Source: an uncultured Pseudomonadota bacterium (lineage in GTDB: Bacteria; Pseudomonadota; Alphaproteobacteria; RF32; CAG-239). Taken from it: a stretch of DNA of 64,000 nt. A program made the translations under genes and the position numbers. The notes under the pieces were generated by a model. It had not been told where the DNA came from and ran no database searches. It was given only the letters and a program-made list of their open reading frames with translations. The DNA lies in the NCBI GenBank assembly GCA_949295935.1, contig CASFMW010000003.1, forward strand, positions 28,109 through 92,108. Direction: 5' to 3'. Positions 27,390 through 35,114 of this stretch are shown one piece after another. Numbering within the stretch: the stretch's first letter is position 1; the number at the start of each line of letters is the position of its first letter.

Positions 27390-30230
27390 CTATTTTCTTT
27401 CGGTCTTATCCATCGGCAACGGTTCTTTAGAACCACTGTTGAACAAAATAGCCTCACTGATAGCCGTGTTCTTAACCGGAATATCAGTAATCTGCTTACC
27501 GCAAATCTCAAGTCCGACACTCTTAAGAGCCGTCGCAATCGGCAAGAACAAGTCTGTATTTTCACCGCTGGCACCTGAATGAGCAAATCCAGTGACCGTA
27601 CCGTCCTTATCAATCAAAGCACCGCCCAGCGTAATATTTTGAACATAAGTATCAAGCAAGATTTCTGTACCTCTGCTCTCACTGTAACGATATCCTTTAA
27701 TCTTACCGGAATCTTCCAGATAGCCTTCACCGGTATCAAAGTCAAGAATACCAAGGCTCATATAAGTCTTCTGGTTAATCAGAGGCAAAGACAAATTGAG
27801 CGACAGCGGCGTATACTCAGTCTTTCTGTCAAGATAAAGCAGAGCCGTATTCTTATCAGGATTAATTCTAACCGCATAACCGGTAAATTGACCACCATTA
27901 ATCGTGCGCAGATTATAACTGTTGTTATCTTTGGTAATCAAATCGGCAGAAGTCAAAACAAACTGATCAGAAACAATCAAGCCCGCACCTTCTTTACCAT
28001 TGGCATTAGTAATTGAGATAATTGAAGTACGAACCTTATAAACATCTTCGGCAGAAAGAGGGATGGTATAAGGCGCACGCTCAACAATGCAAAGCATATT
28101 CTGAGCTTCGATAGCATTTTTATCATCAACAGGAACATTAACCCAAGTCTCTTTGCTCAAAGAGCCACTGGCTTTAACACCACCGTCTTCTTCAATGCTA
28201 ACCGGAATCTTGCACATCTTTTCATCTTCATCACAACAGGTATTGAAGATGCTATCGCACTTGTCACAAGGTTCATTAAGCTTGTTGTCTTCACAACCAC
28301 CATAAAACTTATTCGGTTCACAACCGCCGTAAATCTTATTATTGCAGTCACAATCAGGTCCAAACAAAGTCATGTTGTTACACGGCGTTGCCGGAGCGTC
28401 TGAAGTCAAAGCTGCGATTGGAGCAGCCACGGCAGCAACCGGAGCACCAACAACGGCTAATAACGGAGAAATACCCTCACCATCTTTAACTTCTTTTGAA
28501 TAACGCTCATCAGACGGAACCGGACTAATGCTGGGGTCAAGCGGCTCAGGAGCAGCTTCTTTACTCAACAAAATATCTGCAGGCTCAGCAACCGGTTGCT
28601 CTGTAACAACAGTCTCCTCAACCACAGCTTCTTCCAAATCAAGACTATTCAAAACAGTTGGTTGAGCATCTGTTGCAGGCTGTGCCACTGGAGCTGGAAC
28701 AGGCGCCGAAAGCGGAGCCGGCGCAGGTTCAGGAGCAGGTTGCGGCATTGGAACCGATTGTGGAGCAGCCATCGGGGCCGGAGCCGGCAATGGAGCTGGC
28801 TGCGGCGTTGGTGCCGGTTGCGGCGTTGGAAGCGGTGGAACCGGTGGAACCGGTGTAAGCGCAGAACCAACTTCCGACTGCTTATTTTCAACCGGAATCA
28901 ACGGTTGCTCTGCTTTTTGAGGAACAACCGGACTTGGCATAACTGGCTTATCATCAGGAGTATAAACATATTTTGTAACACTGTTTTTACGAGCTTCATG
29001 ATCAGTATATTGACACTTAATCGGATTATGAGCTTTTTCATGTTCAATATATTGAATCCGCTGGCTTTCTTTTTCAGCAGATGTAAAGCGATGAGAAACC
29101 ACCTTCAAAAAAGCCGGATGACTGCGAAGATTGTTAGCGGCATCAGCAAAAGCTTTTTCAACCAACAAAACCTCACCATTAGGCTCACCGCGCATCAAAT
29201 CAGCATAACCATCAGTCTCGCCCGACCAATAAATAACTTCACGGTTAATATCGGTAACCGTCCATTTAACCGTAATCTCAGAAGACCCGATACGACTGTT
29301 TTCCATAATGGCTTCATTCCAATTATACTTATCACAAATATTCATAAAATAATTGGTGATTTCTGCCGTAATCAAATACTCTGGCAAGGGGCTCGGTGTT
29401 TCTTCAATACAAACATCATCAGGAATTTTAACAATATTGAAGCAGTCTTTAAGTTGATTATCAAAAACGGAAATAAGACGCATATTGCTTTCCATCAACC
29501 GCCCTTGGTTCAAAATCGCTTCTTTGGTAAAACGACGGCAACCGAAAATACGGAATCGATAATTTCCGAGCTTTTGCATCAAAGGCCCGTTAATATCTTC
29601 ATCATTGAGCTTAAAATCAACCCATTCTAACTGGATAGGTGCATATTGCCCACATTTTCCATGAATTTTATCATAAACACTGCCGCTTGGACGAACAACA
29701 TAATTCTGCACAAAGTTATAGCGCACAACTTCTTTAACCCTAACTTTAGGAGCTTGCTGCTTTGCCTTGCATTTCTGAGGATTAATCGTGCAAGCTGAGG
29801 GTTGGACAGCAACTTTTTTATCACAAAGAATAGGATCATTTCCGCAACCTTGCCCCGGAAAGATGCTATTATCTTGCCCACTGCTCGCTTCGCAGCAAGT
29901 ACCGCCAAAAATGCTGCCATCACGATAAGTCTTGCCCTTAACCGTTACCACCGGAATATTTGCCGCTCTTCCATCTTGCTGAGGGTTCAATGCTTCTTTG
30001 CGCTGCTGAATACGAGTTGTAATTTCACCGGCATATTTGCTTTTCTGATCAAAAAAGCCCATACTCGAACTTGTATCGGCATATTCGGTCCGAATTTCTA
30101 TTTCCCCGTTGCCATCATAAGCATTATTATCATATTGAGAAGCCCAAGACGCCCTCAACGCAACAGCACTCACGCTCAGCGCCAAAACAGAACAGGCCAA
30201 CGGCTTGAAATAGCTATTTATTTTCATCAA
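27390..30230 (-). CDS. Large secreted multidomain protein (946 aa): signal peptide, Cys-containing N-terminal domain, Pro-rich PxP linker, Cys-rich CxC module, C-terminal trypsin-like (S1C/DegP-like) domain with apparent loss of catalytic His and Ser
   Basis: Signal peptide …AVALRASWA; 28.65-28.9 kb encodes PAPTPQPAPLPAPAP repeats; C-terminus aligns to S1 landmarks: VLTSADL (TAAHC with H->D), NTALLYLD, ITLGGALID (GNSGGPL with S->L). Confidence 0.85.
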   Translation of the reverse strand: MMKINSYFKPLACSVLALSVSAVALRASWASQYDNNAYDGNGEIEIRTEYADTSSSMGFFDQKSKYAGEITTRIQQRKEALNPQQDGRAANIPVVTVKGKTYRDGSIFGGTCCEASSGQDNSIFPGQGCGNDPILCDKKVAVQPSACTINPQKCKAKQQAPKVRVKEVVRYNFVQNYVVRPSGSVYDKIHGKCGQYAPIQLEWVDFKLNDEDINGPLMQKLGNYRFRIFGCRRFTKEAILNQGRLMESNMRLISVFDNQLKDCFNIVKIPDDVCIEETPSPLPEYLITAEITNYFMNICDKYNWNEAIMENSRIGSSEITVKWTVTDINREVIYWSGETDGYADLMRGEPNGEVLLVEKAFADAANNLRSHPAFLKVVSHRFTSAEKESQRIQYIEHEKAHNPIKCQYTDHEARKNSVTKYVYTPDDKPVMPSPVVPQKAEQPLIPVENKQSEVGSALTPVPPVPPLPTPQPAPTPQPAPLPAPAPMAAPQSVPMPQPAPEPAPAPLSAPVPAPVAQPATDAQPTVLNSLDLEEAVVEETVVTEQPVAEPADILLSKEAAPEPLDPSISPVPSDERYSKEVKDGEGISPLLAVVGAPVAAVAAPIAALTSDAPATPCNNMTLFGPDCDCNNKIYGGCEPNKFYGGCEDNKLNEPCDKCDSIFNTCCDEDEKMCKIPVSIEEDGGVKASGSLSKETWVNVPVDDKNAIEAQNMLCIVERAPYTIPLSAEDVYKVRTSIISITNANGKEGAGLIVSDQFVLTSADLITKDNNSYNLRTINGGQFTGYAVRINPDKNTALLYLDRKTEYTPLSLNLSLPLINQKTYMSLGILDFDTGEGYLEDSGKIKGYRYSESRGTEILLDTYVQNITLGGALIDKDGTVTGFAHSGASGENTDLFLPIATALKSVGLEICGKQITDIPVKNTAISEAILFNSGSKEPLPMDKTERK

Positions 30231-30239
30231 AATACTCCA

Positions 30240-31772
30240 TCATTTTTTATAATGCGGCATCATACGGCGGTATGACAAAGCTTCAGCTACGTGCATTTTA
30301 AGCACTTTTTCATTATTTTGCAAGTCTGCAATTGTCCTTGCTAACCGCAAAATGCGATGATAAGCTCTGGCCGAAATTTTATTTTTATCGGCATAATTGA
30401 TAAGAAGCTTCTGAGCCTCATCATCTAATACAACAGCATTATCCAGTGCTTTTCCTTTCAAATCAGCATTTGTATGACAACCCTTAAGGCCCAAAGCTTT
30501 AAAACGATCGCTCTGAATTTTTCTTGCCACCAAAACACGTTCACGAATTTGGGCCGAGGTTTCTCCGGCCTTAACCGAAGAAAGCTCCCACGGAGAAACA
30601 GCATGCATTTCTATTTGAATATCAATACGATCAAGTAAAGGACCTGAAATTTTAGATTGATATTCTGCAGCACAAAGCGGCGCCCTCGGACATTCAAATT
30701 CCGGCGTTCCGAGGTGTCCGCAACGACAAGGATTCATCGCAGCAATAAGCTGCACTTTTGCCGGATAAGTCGTATGAGCATTAACGCGAGATATGGTAAT
30801 TTTACCGTTTTCCAAGGGTTGACGCAACGCTTCCAAAGTTGCGCGATTAAACTCCGGCAACTCATCAAGAAACAAAACACCATTGTGAGCCAAAGAAATT
30901 TCACCCGGTTCGGCACGACGTCCGCCGCCAACCAAAGCTGGCGTCGACGCATTGTGGTGCGGCGCACGAAACGGACGAGAAAAACATAACATACCGCCCT
31001 TAAGCTCACCGGCAATCGAATGAATAATACTGGTTTCAAGAGCCTCTTCTGGTGTTAGCGGCGGCAAAATCCCCGGCAACCTGGCGGCCAACATAGACTT
31101 ACCAGACCCCGGAGGCCCAATCATAAGCATATTATGCCCACCGGCTGCGGCAATCTCAAGAGCACGCTTAGCACTTTCTTGACCTTTAACATCTGCCATA
31201 TCAGGATAAATATTATTTTCAGGCATTTGCTGTTTAATCGGCTGAGGAATCAACTGTGTCCCTTTGAAATGATTGATAAGCTCAAGCAAATTATGAGGCG
31301 CCAAAATCTCTTTAATACCAGACCAAGCAGCTTCTGAACCTTGCTCTGCCGGACAAACCAACCCTTTGTTAAGACGATTAGCATGAATAGCCGCCGGAAG
31401 AATACCGTTTACCGGCAAGATAGAAGCATCAAGCCCAAGCTCACCAAGCACGATATAGTTATCTACTTCCTCCAGAGGAATAATCCCCAGACAAGAGATA
31501 ATACCAAGCGCCACTGGCAAATCATAATGAGAACCTTCTTTGAGCAAATCTGCCGGCGCAAGATTAATTGTCACTCTCTTTGCCGGAAAACTTATTCCTA
31601 TAGAATTAAGCGCTGCTCGCACACGTTCGCGACTTTCGGCCACAGCCTTATCCGGCAACCCGACAATAGAAAAAGCAGGCATTCCCGAAGAAATCTGAAC
31701 CTGCAAATCCACATCTTGAGTATCCAAGCCATTAAAAGCAAGAGTGTTAACGCGGCTAAGCATGCCTACCAC
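30240..31772 (-). CDS. comM: YifB/ComM family Mg-chelatase-like AAA+ ATPase
   Basis: 510 aa; N-terminal Lon-protease-like domain, Walker A GPPGSGKS, ChlI-type AAA+ core, C-terminal domain. Confidence 0.93.
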   Translation of the reverse strand: MVGMLSRVNTLAFNGLDTQDVDLQVQISSGMPAFSIVGLPDKAVAESRERVRAALNSIGISFPAKRVTINLAPADLLKEGSHYDLPVALGIISCLGIIPLEEVDNYIVLGELGLDASILPVNGILPAAIHANRLNKGLVCPAEQGSEAAWSGIKEILAPHNLLELINHFKGTQLIPQPIKQQMPENNIYPDMADVKGQESAKRALEIAAAGGHNMLMIGPPGSGKSMLAARLPGILPPLTPEEALETSIIHSIAGELKGGMLCFSRPFRAPHHNASTPALVGGGRRAEPGEISLAHNGVLFLDELPEFNRATLEALRQPLENGKITISRVNAHTTYPAKVQLIAAMNPCRCGHLGTPEFECPRAPLCAAEYQSKISGPLLDRIDIQIEMHAVSPWELSSVKAGETSAQIRERVLVARKIQSDRFKALGLKGCHTNADLKGKALDNAVVLDDEAQKLLINYADKNKISARAYHRILRLARTIADLQNNEKVLKMHVAEALSYRRMMPHYKK

Positions 31773-32107
31773 CGCGGCGTACGCTCACCGTCACGCCAAC
31801 GGCGAGTAGGATAAGTTCCGCGATGCAAAAAGTCATAGCTTGCGGTTTTATAAGGGATATCCCTATAGCGAACATATCCTTTTCTTTCAAAAATCAAAGC
31901 ACATTCTTCAGAACTGGTTGTCGGCGTTGAATAGCAATGGACAATATATTTGCTCATCGGATTAAGCAGGCTGATTTTGGTCGGCGTATTAACAAAACAA
32001 GGAGGCGCCGCCACATAATTAACCTTTCCTTCCTCGGGAAATTCCCAAAGAGAAGAACATGCGCTCAAAATAAAAAGCAACGGAGCGATAAGAAAAATCC
32101 TGAACAT
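31766..32107 (-). CDS. Small lipoprotein (lipobox LFILSACSS), C-terminus overlapping comM start by 7 bp
   Basis: ORF with lipobox after MFRIFLIAPL; Arg-rich C-terminal tail. Confidence 0.45.
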   Translation of the reverse strand: MFRIFLIAPLLFILSACSSLWEFPEEGKVNYVAAPPCFVNTPTKISLLNPMSKYIVHCYSTPTTSSEECALIFERKGYVRYRDIPYKTASYDFLHRGTYPTRRWRDGERTPRW

Positions 32108-32193
32108 AACACCAATTCCAAAGATAATTTCAAATAATAGCAACCATAGCATTTAATAATTAAAATATCCTAAATCTTTTTGAAAAATTTTTC

Positions 32194-32221
32194 TTGATTT
32201 TCTTCAATTTTCGTGTATATT
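32194..32221 (+). promoter_or_regulatory. Putative sigma70 promoter of rpsF-rpsR-rplI (TTGATT-N16-TATATT)
   Basis: Hexamers at 32194-32199 and 32216-32221, ~110 nt leader to rpsF ATG. Confidence 0.4.
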
Positions 32222-32330
32222 CCGAATGTTCCTTGCTCGAAGAGCTTGCTTTTCGGGCTATACAAATAAGGACTGAGCCGAGTTTTACTTTGGCTTAGAA
32301 TTGTTGAGAATCCATAAGGAGAATAATATA

Positions 32331-32669
32331 ATGAATAATTACGAGAGCGTGCTTATTGCACGTCAGGATCTGGGTGCATCTCAGGTTAACAACATTGTAG
32401 AAGAGCTCTCCAATGTTATCAAGAACGAAGGCGGAAACGTTGTCCGCGTTGACAACTGGGGCTTGAAAAACCTCGCTTATCGTATCAAAAAGAACCGCAA
32501 AGGCCACTATGTTTTGATGAACATCACGGCTCCGGCTTCTGCAATTGCCGAATTTGAAAGAATTATGCGCTTTAACGAAGACATCATTCGTTATATGACC
32601 GTAAGAGTTGAACAATTCAGCGATGCTAATGACGCCAGCAGCGAATCAACCGCCTCGGCAGAAGAATAA
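32331..32669 (+). CDS. rpsF: 30S ribosomal protein S6
   Basis: [14 protein letters not shown]...; AAGGAG SD 9 nt upstream; acidic C-terminal tail. Confidence 0.95.
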   Translation: MNNYESVLIARQDLGASQVNNIVEELSNVIKNEGGNVVRVDNWGLKNLAYRIKKNRKGHYVLMNITAPASAIAEFERIMRFNEDIIRYMTVRVEQFSDANDASSESTASAEE

Positions 32670-32681
32670 GGAGAATCGAAA

Positions 32682-32909
32682 ATGGCAAAACAAGTATTCT
32701 TTAGAAGAAAGAAAGCATGTCCGTTTTCAGGCGAAGACGCTTTGAAGATTGACTACAAAGACGTAAAACTTCTCTCCAGATATATTTCTGAAAAAGGGAA
32801 GATTATCCCCAGCCGCATTACCTCCGTTTCTGTTAAGAAGCAGAGAGAATTGGCAAGAGCAATCAAACGTGCACGTTACATCGGCTTATTGCCGTTTGTA
32901 GCCGACTAA
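32682..32909 (+). CDS. rpsR: 30S ribosomal protein S18
   Basis: 75 aa, ...[44 protein letters not shown]. Confidence 0.95.
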   Translation: MAKQVFFRRKKACPFSGEDALKIDYKDVKLLSRYISEKGKIIPSRITSVSVKKQRELARAIKRARYIGLLPFVAD

Positions 32910-32927
32910 GCGGAAGGAGAGAAAGAA

Positions 32928-33413
32928 ATGGAAATCATTCTTCTGGAACATGTTGAAAAATTAGGCAAGATGGGCGACAAAGTAAACGTTAAAAACGGTT
33001 ATGCCCGCAACTACCTTTTACCTTCAAAGAAAGCTTTGCGCGCTACTGAAGCAAACATCGCTTTTTATGAAAAGAAAAAAGCAGAGCTTGAAGCTCACAA
33101 CAAAGCTTTGTTTGATGAAGCAAACAAAAAAGCAGAAGCATTAAAAGGCTTCAATGCAGTTTTGATTCGTCAAGCAGCAGAAACAGGCCAATTATATGGT
33201 TCTGTTACAATCCGCGACATTGCAAGTGCAATCAAAGAAGCCGGATTCGATGTTGAACGCCGCTGCGTATTCCTTGAGAAACCGATTAAAGACTTGGGCG
33301 TATATGAAGTAAAACTCAACTTACACCCTGAAGTATCTCAAGTTATTTTGGTAAACGTCGCTCGTACAGAAGACGAAGCCAAGAAGCAGGCAAAAGCTCA
33401 TTCTGCTGAATAA
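32928..33413 (+). CDS. rplI: 50S ribosomal protein L9
   Basis: 161 aa, MEIILLEHVEKLGKMGDKVNVKNGYARNYLLP... Confidence 0.95.
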   Translation: MEIILLEHVEKLGKMGDKVNVKNGYARNYLLPSKKALRATEANIAFYEKKKAELEAHNKALFDEANKKAEALKGFNAVLIRQAAETGQLYGSVTIRDIASAIKEAGFDVERRCVFLEKPIKDLGVYEVKLNLHPEVSQVILVNVARTEDEAKKQAKAHSAE

Positions 33414-33427
33414 AACTTCGGTTTTAA

Positions 33428-33467
33428 CAAAAAAGCTCTGAGTAGTGAAACTCAGAGCTTTTTTTAA
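33428..33467. terminator. Bidirectional terminator between rplI (+) and the 180-aa paralog (-): AGCTCTGAG-tagtgaa-CTCAGAGCT flanked by A/T runs
   Basis: Perfect 9-bp stem. Confidence 0.75.
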
Positions 33468-34006
33468 TCTAAAGAAGCAACCGGACAGGCAAAATAAGTA
33501 TTGAGTTTTCCACCAGCAATAAGACTATCAGGACTATCCAAAAAATAAACAATTCCAGCAGCCCCTCCATTTCCATACTCACTATCTGTCCACAAAATAT
33601 CATGAGGACAAATCGGCTCAAAGCCCATTCTTATTCGCTGAATATTAATCTGCGTTAAACGAGGACAAACTTCTACCAGCCAAAAATGCCTATCCCCGCG
33701 AGAACATTTATTGCCAAGAATAGTTTGTTTTTCACAATACTTTCCTGCTTCAAACCAATCTAAATGATTAGTTGAATGCTCAATAAATACAGCTTTTCCA
33801 GCAATAATTATTGCTTTAGGATGTACCCCTTTCAAAGGAAACCAAGAACGTTTATCATTTTCATAAACAACTTCAAAAGAAAAGCGTTCTTTAGGACCTC
33901 CTTTCTGAACAAAATACCCTCCAAAATAACGAGCAATTTCTGCCGGAAGAATTTTATTCTCTTTCATAAGAGTTACCACTTGTTCTATAACTTCTTTTTT
34001 TTCCAT
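33464..34006 (-). CDS. Paralog-family protein 1 (180 aa) of a three-member small-protein family; possible SUKH/Smi1-Knr4-like fold (speculative)
   Basis: Shares with 34123-34662 and 40491-40925 the core ...(V/L)(V/L)Y(K/E)N..(K)RS..PL.GV.P.AI..GK... and YC(E/Q)KQ...G...FW and F(D/S)xx(Y/W)W blocks. Confidence 0.7.
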   Translation of the reverse strand: MEKKEVIEQVVTLMKENKILPAEIARYFGGYFVQKGGPKERFSFEVVYENDKRSWFPLKGVHPKAIIIAGKAVFIEHSTNHLDWFEAGKYCEKQTILGNKCSRGDRHFWLVEVCPRLTQINIQRIRMGFEPICPHDILWTDSEYGNGGAAGIVYFLDSPDSLIAGGKLNTYFACPVASLD

Positions 34007-34064
34007 ATAATATAATTATTAAATTGACATCATAATAAAAAAACAAAATAAGGCTACATTAAGT

Positions 34065-34088
34065 ATAGACAAAAGTCAACAAAAAAAG
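34065..34088 (-). promoter_or_regulatory. Conserved promoter-like element (minus strand TTTTTTTGTTGACTTTTGTCTATA) upstream of the 180-aa paralog, abutting the upstream gene's terminator
   Basis: Motif family. Confidence 0.5.
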
Positions 34089-34118
34089 GTTTTATCCTTT
34101 AAGATAAAACCTTTTTTG
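34081..34118 (-). terminator. Rho-independent terminator of the 179-aa paralog gene (AGGTTTTATCCTT / AAGATAAAACCT + T-run)
   Basis: Inverted repeat with flanking A/T runs. Confidence 0.7.
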
Positions 34119-34122
34119 AAAA

Positions 34123-34662
34123 TCACGGCATCAATAACATCGGTCGAACACTAAAATTTTGAGATTTAGAAGCAATTTTCTCCACTCCTTTCTTAAAACA
34201 AGAACAGGAACATCCATACCTAGAAGAATAAATCCAATAAGCAGAAGAAAAATCAATTTTTTGCCCACCAAGAATTTCTATCTCCTGATTAATGTTATCA
34301 GCATTCTTAAACAAGAAATCCCAAATCTTACGAGTACCCATATTGGCCGAATAACCATAAAATTTAATTTGAGCAGCTCCATCTAAAGCTTCTGCAAAAG
34401 AAAGCCTTTGTGGCAAATCCCAAAGCGAAACAAAACAACGTTCCACAAAAATAGCAATTGGAATCTCGCCCAAAACTTTACAATCATAAACGTGCCCTGA
34501 CTTATACAAAACCTTAAAAGGCAAAGGCTCAGAAACAACACTCACTTCTGTATCAGCAACAAATTTCCCGCCCCATCGTTTGCATAAATCATCAATTGAA
34601 ATACCTTTTCTCAACATCTCACTAAAAAGGTAATCTACCGCTTCACTTTTACTTAGTTCCAT
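34123..34662 (-). CDS. Paralog-family protein 2 (179 aa)
   Basis: Homologous to 33464-34006 (N-terminal ...RWGGKFV... vs ...RYFGGYFV...; core PLPFKVLYKSG...GEIPIAIFVER) and to 40491-40925. Confidence 0.7.
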   Translation of the reverse strand: MELSKSEAVDYLFSEMLRKGISIDDLCKRWGGKFVADTEVSVVSEPLPFKVLYKSGHVYDCKVLGEIPIAIFVERCFVSLWDLPQRLSFAEALDGAAQIKFYGYSANMGTRKIWDFLFKNADNINQEIEILGGQKIDFSSAYWIYSSRYGCSCSCFKKGVEKIASKSQNFSVRPMLLMP

Positions 34663-34864
34663 AATAAAAATATTAATAATACAAATAAAAATTCAAAATC
34701 AAATTATCTTTAAATGAAAAAACAATTTTTGTCAATGTCTGGATTAGTTGCCCGTTGCTATATAAAAAGCTCGGAGAACGAGGCAAATAATAAGATTTTA
34801 GGGCGACGACACCGCAGCGTACAAACTAGTACGTGAGAATGTCGGAGACCCGCAGACAACACCC

Positions 34865-34994
34865 TAATCGACCATTATACAAACTTAAAACTGGGGATAA
34901 TAGTACAGATAGAGGCATTTCTAGCTGCGAGAAAAATTTTAGTGAGTACATGAATTTTTCGAGACAGCGTAAAATGCCTCTAGATGTGCTGTTA
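34865..34994 (+). repeat. Intergenic repeat copy B (~130 bp), near-identical to 21193-21334, embedded in a 450-bp intergenic region with additional mosaic sub-repeats
   Basis: Direct sequence comparison; flanking sub-repeat GAGtCGAATAATAAGAaTTTAGGG...AGCGTACA.A..AGTACGTGA occurs at 34775 and 35011, with a related copy at 21055. Confidence 0.7.
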
Positions 34995-35114
34995 AAAGTT
35001 TAATATGTGAGTCGAATAATAAGAATTTAGGAATTTTGCGAGGAGCGTACACAGAAGTACGTGACCGAGCAAAATATCCGACAATTCTGTATTAGTCGAC
35101 CACAGAGTAAACTT

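Noticed and set aside
28640-28900. Possible CRISPR-like or tandem array
   Set aside because: The repeats are imperfect, in-frame and translate to a proline-rich linker. There are no uniform spacers, so this is not a CRISPR array
28596-29630. 344-aa Arg/Trp-rich ORF on plus strand (and 80-aa minus-frame ORF) across the Pro-rich repeat region
   Set aside because: It is the mirror-frame artefact of GC-rich repeats encoding the PAPxP linker of the 946-aa protein
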